Shown here: positions 55,190 to 64,000 of the stretch, one piece after another
Layout: every line of letters begins with the position of its first letter
How positions within the stretch are numbered: the stretch's first letter is position 1
NCBI GenBank assembly: GCA_965371515.1
Contig: CBDUYR010000005.1
Coordinates: 1 to 64,000 of the forward strand
Direction of reading: 5' to 3'
Source of the DNA: an uncultured bacterium
GTDB taxonomy: Bacteria; Krumholzibacteriota; Krumholzibacteriia; Krumholzibacteriales; Krumholzibacteriaceae
DNA length: 64,000 nucleotides
Notes under the pieces: generated by a model
The model's input: only the letters and a program-made list of their open reading frames with translations
Told to the model about the DNA's origin: nothing
The model's database searches: none
Program-made: the position numbers and the translations under genes

Positions 55190-58100
55190 TCAGTTGAGGA
55201 ATCCCGGCACCGTCCCGCCAAGCCCCCGCTTTCCCTGCTCGTACTTGAGGTCGCGGTGGGCCTTGATCTGTATCTGGAAGTAGTATGAGTAATCGTCGCC
55301 GAACCTGCGGTGCACGAATCCCGCCTGCCAGCAGTGGAGGTCTCTTGTGATGCTGTACTGTTGCGACGTAAACTCGCGCCGCTGGATATCGAAATAAGAA
55401 CTGAATGTTATCTTCCAGTTATTCGTCAGGTTGAGGTTGCCCCTCATGTCGACCTTGCTCGTCGGGCGGGACATGCTCGAACCGCCAAAACCCGAATAGC
55501 TGTACCCGAGATTCAATGACCAGCTCGTACCTCGTCCCGGAGCGCCGGGCCGCCTCGAGCTGCCGGGCTGTTCGGTCTCCCATTCTTCCTCATCGAAGTC
55601 GGAGACGAAACCGTCGTACGTGTCGAGCTCGTCGACCTCCTCGTCCTCCGGCTCCTCCTCCCGTACAGAGCCGAGCTCTTTCGCCACTCTGATCTTCTCT
55701 CGCTCAGGCAAGTCCCACTTTCCCAGCCAGGAGAATCCGCCGCCGAAGCTCATGTTAGTCGAGAAATTCGTCGAGAGGATCTCCCATTCGTAAGGATCGA
55801 TCGTGTGATTCAGCGATATCGAGGCAAGCCTGCCGACCGAGGTCCTGATACTCGACCGGATGTTCGAGAACTGCCTTTCGGACACGTCGGGGTTGAAGGA
55901 ACCGTTCATGTTCCACGTGAAGGCGTTGTTCTTTTTCGACTCCTGGCCGTTCTTGAGGTATTTCAGGTCGATCACGTTCCTCAGCGACCAGCTGTACCCC
56001 TGCGACTCCCGCTGATTCGACGTCAGCGCCGGGACGTACGACCAGGAGATCGACGGGTTGAACGTGTGACGGATCCCGACGAGAGAGCCTATGTTCGGAT
56101 AGAAGACGCCATACAGCGTGGTTCCGACGCCGAGGGAGAAGCGCATCGACACCTCGTTCTTGTACTTTTCGTCCGGTGTCGGGCCCGACAAGTCCGTGCC
56201 GTATACAGGCATCCCCGGCGTGATCCCGATAGCCGGATAGATTCCATTCACGATATCGATGAACTCCAGCGAGGATTCCGAACCCTCCAGGTTGGAGGTG
56301 AACCTGAAATTTCCCGTGTCGTCCCCGTTGTCGAGCCAGTCGACGGTCACATGGTCCGATCCCCAGCCGGACCAGGAGTTGATCGAACTCTCGATCTCGA
56401 AAGCGAGCAAGGTACCGGTATTGTATACGCCCTCGGTTATCGTGATGTCGCCGCTCTCCAGGCCGTTGAGGATGATCCTCAGGAGGCTGTTCGAGGGATC
56501 GACCGTTATCGGCACCGAAACGGTGTCACCCGTCATGACGGCCGGCCGGGGCGGCAGAATGTACTTGGGATTTATCTGGTCCTTCAGTGTGTTGGCGTAT
56601 CTCCAGTTCAGTCCCACCGACGGCGCGATGTTGATGCCTATTACTTTATTCTGTTTGCTGAACGACATACCCGAACTCGCTGTTATATCTTCCCTTCTTC
56701 TCGCGTCACTCTGCGACGTAGTCCGTGTCGCTTTGAGATTGGGCGCCCAGGTGACTTCGCGGAGGACCCCCTCCCATACGCCCTTTTCCGAGCCCGAGTG
56801 CTTCTCGCCGAACCACAGCGACATCCTCGGCAGATTGATTGACAGGGATGGAAAAGTGCCCGAGATGCTCACCTCGTTCGGGTTATCGGAGCTGACGTTG
56901 AGTTTCTGGTTCCTGCTCGCCGAGAGACCGAGCCGCGTGCCGCCCCAGTTCTTGTTGAAACTGACGGTCGAGTATATCCGTCTGTCCACCACGCGGGCGA
57001 CATCATCGGCGCGGTAGACCGAAGAGGGCGCCTCGTCACTGCTTACAAAGCTGAGGTTGCTGCGAAGCGATGCGGTTTTGCCGAACGTCTGGTTGTGACT
57101 CGACTTGAACGTCCACTCGTACGATTTCCTGTTGAAGTCCCTGAAGAAGTCGAGGTTAACGTTTCCGCCGAGCACGTATCTGACCTTGTACCTGTTGGTC
57201 AGGTGTACGCGGAAGTTATTGTTCTCGTTAAAATCGGTCGTCAGTATGAAATCGGTATAGTCGTTCGTCGCCCAGTAGTACCCGATCCCCCTGATGAAAC
57301 GGCCGTCTCGGCTGTTGAGGCCGATGTCGAAGTTAGGGCGGAGCAATCCCGATTGGCGGCCGCGGCGTATTGAGTTGACCATGTATGGAAGCCAGAAGCA
57401 GGGGATCTCGCCGAGGTAGAGAGTTATCGGGCCGGATACGATCTTGTCGTCGATATAAACCTTCATCCTGCCGGCACGCATCGAGTAGTGTGCTTTCCTG
57501 TAGTCGCATGTGGTGTAGGTCGACCCGTAGACCTTTAGCACGTCGTCGCCCTGCTTGAAGATCCTCTTGCCGAGATAATACCCCTGATCGTACTCGGTCG
57601 ATCCGTCCATCACAAGGCCCCCCTCGGTCTCCATATCGTACCCCATCCCGTATCCGTACATCATCTGCCCGTTCTCGTCGAGCGCCGGCTCGCCGTGAGC
57701 GTCGAGGATGTTGAGCCTCGAGCTGAAGTTTATGAATTCGGCGGTAAGGATCTTGTTCTGATAGTTCACTTTCGCGCCGTCGTACATGACGAAGTCCTCG
57801 GTCGTGGCAAAGTACTCGATCTCGTTCGCCTCATAAGTGATCTTCTCGGCGTCCCTGCCGAACTCCCTGAATACGATCGAACTGTCGACTATCGCGGCGA
57901 GCGAGTCGATCGACTCTCCCGCGCCGAGTGTGAGATAGTTGTACGTACCCGAGGCGTTGCCGGTAATCTTCACGTATCTCAGGTCCGGCCCGTCGAACCT
58001 GAAGAACATCGTGTCGCCCCTCGAGTAGTTGTTCGAGATCTTGTTTTCGGTCCCCTCGAAGGGATAGTACATCGCCATCGCATTGCCGAAGATCTGAACC

Positions 58101-59119
58101 GAGTCCACTTCATCGTTCGACATGTGTATCACGATCGAGTCGCCCTCGATCCACGAGTCCTCGATCCACTGGGATTCGAGTCTGGGAGTTTCGGTCAGAC
58201 GGCCCTTCTCGGGGAGCACGATCCTTTCCACGCCCTCATCGATGTAGTAGAGAAGCACCCTCTCCCCGGACATGCCTGACGGGCCGCTGCTCGCGATCGG
58301 GTTGCCGAAGAGCTCCATGTACCCCTTGTCGTTGAAAATCGCCGCCGAATCACATTGCGCCCTCGTGCGCCCCTTGAGCATGTTGACGTTTCCTACTGCC
58401 GTACCGACGTCCTTCTCCATGTCGTAGCTCATCCACTCGCTCGTCACCCGCCCCTCCTCCTCGGCATGATCGTCGAAGACGAGGACCGGGCGTTCGTACA
58501 TGATCGCCTCGCCGGTGAGACGGTGAAACCGCCCGCGCGAACCAGAGATGGAAAAATCCTCCGCTGTGTCTATTATGACTACATCCCTCCACGCGTCTGC
58601 GATCTCGGTCGACCTGTCGTAGAAAATCGAGTCTGCGTACATTACCCTTGTACTGTCTGAAAGGCGGACGTTGCCGGTCAGGACAAGCGTCCCTTCATCC
58701 CTGTCGTACTCGGCTCTCCGGCAGGTGACTTCGAGCCCCTCGTCGATCAGCCTCACGTTATCTATCATTACAAGGACGTTCTTCTCGCCGTAATACTCGC
58801 CGAGGTCACTGAACATCCGCATCGATCCGTCGATTCCACGGACGTCCCCCACGAGTATCGTGCGCTTGAGATCGGGATAGTGACGCCCCCGCTCGCTTGT
58901 CACGGTGGCGGTCTGGTGGTCGATTCGTACATCGCCCTCCATGTGCCAGACCTGGAGCCCGTCCTCGACCCTCGACTTGAACGTGTTGAACCTGATCCGG
59001 TAGAGAGACGTGTCGCCCGGCGATGCGGTGTTCTGCTGTGAACGGGCCGTGGGCGGCGCACCTCCGACCGCGAAGAGTATCGCGGCGATCGTCGACGTTA
59101 TTGCGAGGACCCTTTTCAA
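55190..59119 (-). CDS. lptD: LPS-assembly protein LptD-like, with extended OstA/LptA-like N-terminal repeats and an inserted domain
   Basis: Repeated L.G.V.I.D....AD...Y beta-jellyroll units, YTTCD...HY, SGLL.P..G....G....GIGYYWA.NDY.D, RDLHCW. Confidence 0.85.
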   Translation of the reverse strand: MKRVLAITSTIAAILFAVGGAPPTARSQQNTASPGDTSLYRIRFNTFKSRVEDGLQVWHMEGDVRIDHQTATVTSERGRHYPDLKRTILVGDVRGIDGSMRMFSDLGEYYGEKNVLVMIDNVRLIDEGLEVTCRRAEYDRDEGTLVLTGNVRLSDSTRVMYADSIFYDRSTEIADAWRDVVIIDTAEDFSISGSRGRFHRLTGEAIMYERPVLVFDDHAEEEGRVTSEWMSYDMEKDVGTAVGNVNMLKGRTRAQCDSAAIFNDKGYMELFGNPIASSGPSGMSGERVLLYYIDEGVERIVLPEKGRLTETPRLESQWIEDSWIEGDSIVIHMSNDEVDSVQIFGNAMAMYYPFEGTENKISNNYSRGDTMFFRFDGPDLRYVKITGNASGTYNYLTLGAGESIDSLAAIVDSSIVFREFGRDAEKITYEANEIEYFATTEDFVMYDGAKVNYQNKILTAEFINFSSRLNILDAHGEPALDENGQMMYGYGMGYDMETEGGLVMDGSTEYDQGYYLGKRIFKQGDDVLKVYGSTYTTCDYRKAHYSMRAGRMKVYIDDKIVSGPITLYLGEIPCFWLPYMVNSIRRGRQSGLLRPNFDIGLNSRDGRFIRGIGYYWATNDYTDFILTTDFNENNNFRVHLTNRYKVRYVLGGNVNLDFFRDFNRKSYEWTFKSSHNQTFGKTASLRSNLSFVSSDEAPSSVYRADDVARVVDRRIYSTVSFNKNWGGTRLGLSASRNQKLNVSSDNPNEVSISGTFPSLSINLPRMSLWFGEKHSGSEKGVWEGVLREVTWAPNLKATRTTSQSDARRREDITASSGMSFSKQNKVIGINIAPSVGLNWRYANTLKDQINPKYILPPRPAVMTGDTVSVPITVDPSNSLLRIILNGLESGDITITEGVYNTGTLLAFEIESSINSWSGWGSDHVTVDWLDNGDDTGNFRFTSNLEGSESSLEFIDIVNGIYPAIGITPGMPVYGTDLSGPTPDEKYKNEVSMRFSLGVGTTLYGVFYPNIGSLVGIRHTFNPSISWSYVPALTSNQRESQGYSWSLRNVIDLKYLKNGQESKKNNAFTWNMNGSFNPDVSERQFSNIRSSIRTSVGRLASISLNHTIDPYEWEILSTNFSTNMSFGGGFSWLGKWDLPEREKIRVAKELGSVREEEPEDEEVDELDTYDGFVSDFDEEEWETEQPGSSRRPGAPGRGTSWSLNLGYSYSGFGGSSMSRPTSKVDMRGNLNLTNNWKITFSSYFDIQRREFTSQQYSITRDLHCWQAGFVHRRFGDDYSYYFQIQIKAHRDLKYEQGKRGLGGTVPGFLN

Positions 59120-59155
59120 TCGACTCTTTCCTTCAGTCTGCAGCGCCGGCTTGTC

Positions 59156-60091
59156 TCAGTCAATTTTACCGAGCGCCATCATCGAGGCCCCGACGAGCGA
59201 GGCCATGTTTCCCAGCTCCGCAGGGACGACCTTCACCGAAGCGAATATGTCTGCCATCAACTGCCCGCGCATCGATTCCCTCGCCGGTTCGAGGATCAGG
59301 TCCCCGGCTCCGGCCACCCCGCCTCCGACAGCGATCACCTCTGGATTAAAGAGGTGTACGATGTTCGCAAGCCCCGTTCCGAGCGCACGTCCCGCTGCGG
59401 TAAACGCCTCGATGGCCACTTCGTCCCCACCGGCGGCCGCCCCGGCGACATCTTTCGACGTGAGGCTTTCGCTGTCCTCGAGGACCGATTCAGCGCCGGC
59501 CGCGATCGCCGACCTGGCCCTTGAGACTATCGACGAGGCGCTGGCCATCGCCTCGAGGCAGCCGGCCGTTCCGCAGGTGCATTTCGGCCCCGACGGATCT
59601 ATGACCTGATGACCGATCTCGCCGGCCAGACCCTGCCATCCACGATAGAGACGGCCGTCGGCGACCACGCCGCCGCCTATTCCCGTCCCCAGCGTCATGC
59701 AGACGAAGTGCTGCGTACCCCTGCCTGCCCCGAGGATATATTCGCCCCATGCGGCGCAGTTGACGTCGTTGTCGACCGTCACCGGCATGCCGAGCGCGCC
59801 GGAGAAGAGTCCGCGGAGATCGAGATCCTCCCAGCCGGGCAAGTTCGGGGAATAGTACAGGTATCCCTTCGAGCCGTCTATCAGTCCCGCGCAGTCGATA
59901 CCTGCGGCAACCATCTCCGGATGGCCGGCACGTCTTTCCTCGAGCCACGCCGCAATCCTCTCCGCCGCATACCGCGGGCCTTTTCCGGCCAGGGTGGGAA
60001 TCTTTTCCCTCTCGACTATCTCGCCCTCCGCCGACACGATGCCCAGCTTGATGTCCGTGCCGCCTATGTCGACACCGAGTATCTTCTTCAT
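59156..60091 (-). CDS. ROK family sugar kinase (glucokinase-like)
   Basis: GVDIGGT, NDVNCAA.GE...GAG, TLGTGIGGG, AGEIGH, CTCG..GCLE, NPE...VGGGV. Confidence 0.93.
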   Translation of the reverse strand: MKKILGVDIGGTDIKLGIVSAEGEIVEREKIPTLAGKGPRYAAERIAAWLEERRAGHPEMVAAGIDCAGLIDGSKGYLYYSPNLPGWEDLDLRGLFSGALGMPVTVDNDVNCAAWGEYILGAGRGTQHFVCMTLGTGIGGGVVADGRLYRGWQGLAGEIGHQVIDPSGPKCTCGTAGCLEAMASASSIVSRARSAIAAGAESVLEDSESLTSKDVAGAAAGGDEVAIEAFTAAGRALGTGLANIVHLFNPEVIAVGGGVAGAGDLILEPARESMRGQLMADIFASVKVVPAELGNMASLVGASMMALGKID

Positions 60092-60117
60092 CACGTTTCC
60101 TTTCACCGATGCGCCGC

Positions 60118-61431
60118 CTACATATGAGCGACGGCCTCCTCAACCGCAAGATGCGATCCTAGTATCAGCATCGTATCGCCCGACCTTGTCAGACTGCCGG
60201 CGAGCTTCATCGCCCCGGCCATTCCGCGAGTCGGCCTTAAAGTTGCCATGCTCCTGACTGTCGCCGCCTCATCGGAAAATCTCGTGGCGAGTTCGTCCCG
60301 CCCGGCGGCCCCTTTTTCTTTGAGGGGCACCAGAATTATCTCACGCGCAGATCGCATGGCCTTCGCCGGGAACCTGCCTAGTCGTTTCCTGGCCATCACA
60401 CCGAACACGATGACGTTCCTTTCAGGGGGAGAGAGTCCGAGGAGCGTATCGAGCGAGGCGCATAGCGCCTCCTCGTTATGTGATACGTCAAGAATCAACC
60501 GTGGTTCCCCGTTAAGTACCTGAAATCTTCCGGCGAATGCCGCGTCGGCCAGCCCTTTTCGTACGGCGACCCTGCCGGGACTACGCCCCGGCATGAAGAT
60601 CTCGGCCACCCTTACCGCCGTCGCCGCATTGGAGATCTGGTGCCTCCCGATCATCCTCGTCCTCACCGTTCCGTAATCGCGCAGCGGTGTGGCAAGAGAA
60701 AAAGTCATTTGCGCGGCGGCCGTACTCCCCGCCGATAGATCGACATCCCGTGATACCGGATAAAACGGGATGCCCATTTTCACGCAGTGCCTGCCCGCTC
60801 TTTCCTCGAGTCCCTTCGTGGATAGATTGGCGACGAGAGGGGCGCCCGGCCTCGTTATACCGAGCTTCTCGTCGAGTATCCTCGCCCTGGTTCCGCCGAG
60901 ATGTTCGCTGTGGTCTATCGCGATTCCGGTTATCGCCGTAACTCTCGCGTCGACGAGTCTCGTCGCGTCGAGACGACCTCCGAGGCCGACCTCGTAGACT
61001 GCCGCGTCTACATTCCGCTCGTTGAACCATATCGCCGCGGCGGCAGTGACGCCCTCGAAGAAGGTGAACGGCGTCTCGTCGTAACATTCCCTCAACTTTC
61101 CTGTGATGCGGTCGAGTTCGGGGCTGGGGATCTCCTCGCCGTCGATCCTGATCCTCTCGTTTATCCTGAATAGATGGGGCGAGTAGAAAGTGCCTGTCCT
61201 GAGGCCCGCGGCCCGCAGGATCGACGACACGAATGTCGTTACCGAGCCCTTGCCGTTAGTCCCGGCTACGAGAATAGCGGGCACGTCTGCCTGCGGATCC
61301 CCGTGATAACGGAGGAGGGCGGTGATGTTCTCGAGGCCGAGCCGCATCTTCGTCGGTCTCAAAGAAAAGAGAAAATCAATCGAGGGAAAGGGGATTCCCC
61401 TACCTGATAAGCGTGATCGTGTTCTGGCCAT
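60118..61431 (-). CDS. folC: Folylpolyglutamate synthase / dihydrofolate synthase
   Basis: LGLE.I, VAGTNGKGSV, SPHL..INERI, TFFE..T, EVGLGGRLDAT, DH...LG, GRF, ILDVSHN. Start uncertain. Confidence 0.92.
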   Translation of the reverse strand: MARTRSRLSGRGIPFPSIDFLFSLRPTKMRLGLENITALLRYHGDPQADVPAILVAGTNGKGSVTTFVSSILRAAGLRTGTFYSPHLFRINERIRIDGEEIPSPELDRITGKLRECYDETPFTFFEGVTAAAAIWFNERNVDAAVYEVGLGGRLDATRLVDARVTAITGIAIDHSEHLGGTRARILDEKLGITRPGAPLVANLSTKGLEERAGRHCVKMGIPFYPVSRDVDLSAGSTAAAQMTFSLATPLRDYGTVRTRMIGRHQISNAATAVRVAEIFMPGRSPGRVAVRKGLADAAFAGRFQVLNGEPRLILDVSHNEEALCASLDTLLGLSPPERNVIVFGVMARKRLGRFPAKAMRSAREIILVPLKEKGAAGRDELATRFSDEAATVRSMATLRPTRGMAGAMKLAGSLTRSGDTMLILGSHLAVEEAVAHM

Positions 61432-62305
61432 TCTCCCTCTGCTCCGCCTCCGCGCCTGCCAGCCCGGAGCCCGTGAGCGAGTCGAGAACAAAAACGAGGG
61501 CTTTCTTGAGCTCGCGGCGGTTCTTGATCATGTCTATCATCCCGTGCTCGAGCAGGAACTCGGAGCGCTGGAATCCCTCTGGAAGCTCCTCGCCGACCGT
61601 TTCGCGGATCACCCTCGGACCGGCGAAACCGACAAGGGCCTTCGGCTCCGCAATGATCACGTCGCCCTGGAACGCGAACGAAGCGGCCACGCCGCCCGTG
61701 GTCGGATTGGTAAGTATAGAGATGTAGGGAAGCCGTGCCCGCGACACGGCGGCGACAGCGGCGGATGTCTTGGCCATCTGCATCAGCGAGAGGATCGACT
61801 CCTGCATACGCGCGCCGCCCGAGGCGGAAAGGATTATCAGCGGAAGCCGGTTGTCTATGGCGAAATCGGCGACCCGCTTGATCTTCTCGCCGACGACCGA
61901 TCCCATGCTGCCGCCGAGGAAACTGAAGTCGAGAACGGCGAGGGCGACGGGGTGGCCCCCGATGGCTGCGGCACCGGTGATGATCGCCGAGTTGCGACCC
62001 GTCTTCTTCTTCGCGTCCCTTATGCGGTCGCTGTACTTCTTGCTATCCCTGAAGTGAAGGGGATCGACCGAGGACAGTCCTGTCTCTGTCTCCTCGAAAG
62101 AGCCTTCATCCACCAGTATATCAATAAATGCTGAGGCGTTTATCCGGAAATGGAACTCGCACTTCGGGCATACTGAACGCTGCCTGAGCAGTTCTTTCCG
62201 GTATAGGATCTCGCCGCAGGAGGGACATTTTTCCCAGAGCCCGTCCGGGACTTCCTTCTTCCTCCAGGTCTTGATCCCCTGTTTTGCCTTCCTCAGCCAG
62301 TTCAT
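61400..62305 (-). CDS. accD: Acetyl-CoA carboxylase carboxyltransferase beta subunit
   Basis: LWEKCPSC...CPKC Zn finger, FLGGSMGSVVGEK, SGGARMQE..LSLMQMAKTS, PTTGGV.ASFA, GFAGPRVI, FQRSEFLLEHG. Confidence 0.96.
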   Translation of the reverse strand: MNWLRKAKQGIKTWRKKEVPDGLWEKCPSCGEILYRKELLRQRSVCPKCEFHFRINASAFIDILVDEGSFEETETGLSSVDPLHFRDSKKYSDRIRDAKKKTGRNSAIITGAAAIGGHPVALAVLDFSFLGGSMGSVVGEKIKRVADFAIDNRLPLIILSASGGARMQESILSLMQMAKTSAAVAAVSRARLPYISILTNPTTGGVAASFAFQGDVIIAEPKALVGFAGPRVIRETVGEELPEGFQRSEFLLEHGMIDMIKNRRELKKALVFVLDSLTGSGLAGAEAEQRENGQNTITLIR

Positions 62306-62425
62306 GTCGTCACCTCTCGGACTGCCGGGATGATTTCTGCCCCGTTGCGGGGATCCGCCCCGTTCCCGGGACTTTCGGCGTTCACTTAATTTAACACCCT
62401 GCAGGGAGCGTCAAAAAGCGTTTTT

Positions 62426-63205
62426 TTACATCTTCGCAAGTAACGGAAGCATCCGGGATAGCGCTTCCGCCCCCCTCTTACCCTCCTCCAGCACCTCCAT
62501 ATGCCCTGTAGCGCCCATAGAAACATTCGGAGCGAAATTCGTGATAAACGACAGGCAAGCCGCCTCGAGCCCTTTTTCAGCCGCTGTGGCGAGTTCTGGG
62601 AGGGACGACATCGTGGCTGCGTCGGCCCCCATCAGGGCCGCTGCCACCGCTTCCGCAGGCGTCTCGTAGGCCGGCCCTGCGGTCCAGCAGAGCACCCCAT
62701 CGGCGACCTCGATTCCCGATTCGGCGGCTGCAGAGGCCACCAACCCGCGAAGACGCAGCGATACGGCGGGCCTTGCCGATGACCTGAACCGGGAATCGCT
62801 CCACGGCAGCGCGACGATCCCAGATGGGAGCAGCCAGGACCCTACGGGCAGAGACCGCTTCAGGCTCCCCGCCGCCTGGGTGAGAATGATCCGCCGGCAT
62901 CCAAACGCCGCAGCCGCCGCTGCGGCGCTGCCCGCGCCGTCCCATTCCGCCCCCTCGTAGAAATGCGCCCTTCCGGCGAAGACAAGCAGTCTCCCTCTCC
63001 CCGTATCGAGAAGAAGAAGCCTTCCCGGATGACCCTCGACGGCAGGAACGATCAAGCCTTCGATGCCGGCATACCCGGCCTCGGCGAGCACCTTTCCAGG
63101 CCATCTTCCGGGAGACAGGCCCGAACCGATGACCACGGCAGTACCCGCAGCGCCCTTCAGCTCAGCCGGGAATCCGCCCGTACCAATGTTTTCCCCGCTC
63201 GTCAA
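62426..63205 (-). CDS. Purine-nucleoside phosphorylase (trimeric PNP family), divergent
   Basis: GSGL, V.GH.G.L, GRAHFYEG, AAGSL, GPAYETPAE, MSSLPE, ITN, H.EVL. Confidence 0.85.
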   Translation of the reverse strand: MTSGENIGTGGFPAELKGAAGTAVVIGSGLSPGRWPGKVLAEAGYAGIEGLIVPAVEGHPGRLLLLDTGRGRLLVFAGRAHFYEGAEWDGAGSAAAAAAAFGCRRIILTQAAGSLKRSLPVGSWLLPSGIVALPWSDSRFRSSARPAVSLRLRGLVASAAAESGIEVADGVLCWTAGPAYETPAEAVAAALMGADAATMSSLPELATAAEKGLEAACLSFITNFAPNVSMGATGHMEVLEEGKRGAEALSRMLPLLAKM

Positions 63206-63693
63206 TCCTTCCCCCGATCGATTTCATTCCCGCTTTTATTCCGTATGTCCTTCTCGAAGATCAGAGCGTCCTCGCCCGAATCGGGATAGTAACCCTTCCG
63301 CCGGCCGACCTGCCTGAAACCGTGCTTCTTGTAGAACCTGATTGCGCGGTCGTTGTTCATCCTCACCTCGAGGACCACAATGAGGCATCCCATCTCCCTG
63401 CTCTTTTCCACTGCCTCGGAGAGAAGCATCGCGGCCGCCTCACCGCCCCTGTCAGCGGGGGCGATCGCTATACTGAGGATGTGCAGTTCCTCATACCCGT
63501 ACCAGGAAGATATGTAGCCGATGATCCTGTCGCCTGAGAGAATTACGAGGTTCTCCGTATAGCTAGACAGGTAGAGCTGCATCGTGAACATGCCTTCGTC
63601 CCACGGCACGGGGAACGACACGCGTTCGATCTCGAGGAGCGGGGGTATGTCTTCCTGGACCATTCCCCGGATGACAAGCTCCCCGGGAGTCAT
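63202..63693 (-). CDS. rimI: Ribosomal protein S18 alanine N-acetyltransferase
   Basis: IE..SF..PW, ELHILSIAI, LEVR..N..A..FY...GF...G.RKGYY...EDA; directly downstream of tsaB. Confidence 0.9.
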   Translation of the reverse strand: MTPGELVIRGMVQEDIPPLLEIERVSFPVPWDEGMFTMQLYLSSYTENLVILSGDRIIGYISSWYGYEELHILSIAIAPADRGGEAAAMLLSEAVEKSREMGCLIVVLEVRMNNDRAIRFYKKHGFRQVGRRKGYYPDSGEDALIFEKDIRNKSGNEIDRGKD

Positions 63694-64000
63694 CGGCCGC
63701 CCCCGGGCCGGAGTTTCGCGGATGAAGGCAGCTTGGCGTCGGGCGGCCTTATGTATAGAGGTTCGAGAGCCGAGAGCCCGTCGTAGGGAACGGCATCGCC
63801 CTCGAGAGCCAGCGCCGCCGCTATCGACGCCGACGGCGTCGACCATCGCGGACCGCAGTAACGTGTTCCCGCGGGAAGGGCCTCCACGAGCTCACCGCGG
63901 TAATTTTCAGATCCGGTGCCGCAGACGATGACGGGTCCATCGATACCGGTCTCCAGGATGCGTCTGCCCAGCGAACCGGGAACGGACGCAAACGGCGGCA
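63690..64000 (-). CDS. tsaB: tRNA threonylcarbamoyladenosine biosynthesis protein TsaB, C-terminal part (truncated by the window)
   Basis: VCGTG...Y...P.A...A.L......LEPLYIR..DA C-terminal signature; tsaB-rimI adjacency. Confidence 0.8.
   Translation of the reverse strand, partial: PPFASVPGSLGRRILETGIDGPVIVCGTGSENYRGELVEALPAGTRYCGPRWSTPSASIAAALALEGDAVPYDGLSALEPLYIRPPDAKLPSSAKLRPGGGR

Noticed and set aside
62426..63205. PNP as a pseudogene because of missing DHIN/TNAAGG-type motifs
   Set aside because: The frame is intact and the key GRxHxYEG, GPxYETPAE, MS..PE and TN motifs remain. It is treated as divergent.

Overview
A GC-rich, gene-dense bacterial chromosomal window, with most genes on the minus strand. 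FlgD-Ig/T9SS-like C-terminal domains (PNPFNP...LLR), a C-terminal 'SWGAIK' motif and a very long LptD point to an FCB-group lineage such as Ca. Krumholzibacteriota or Latescibacterota (inference). Housekeeping genes include nrdJ with tandem NrdR boxes, rarA, glpX, pyrE, sdhCDAB, an mrfAB-like helicase/exonuclease pair, queH, selD, lpdA, a LytS/LytTR pair, an acyl-CoA dehydrogenase, hup, lptD, a ROK kinase, folC, accD, PNP, rimI and a partial tsaB. Five things stand out. (1) At the left edge, an integron-like tyrosine recombinase lacks the IntI-specific insertion and is followed, in the same orientation, by an AT-rich segment with a GTTATTC core-like site and an ATG 3 nt later. This looks like the start of a non-canonical cassette array. 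(2) Two selenoproteins are cut short by the ORF track: Sec-SelD, and a lipoprotein fusing a UshA-like metallophosphoesterase to a tetraheme cytochrome c with an AGU motif. Each has a SECIS-like hairpin at a similar distance from UGA. (3) A TIGR04282/TIGR04283/DUF547/VTT/CCG Fe-S cluster sits behind nrdJ without its usual radical-SAM gene. (4) LptD carries an inserted domain of about 125 aa. (5) Several proteins have degenerate catalytic motifs. No tRNA, rRNA or CRISPR array was recognised. All product calls come from motif recognition by eye, not database searches.
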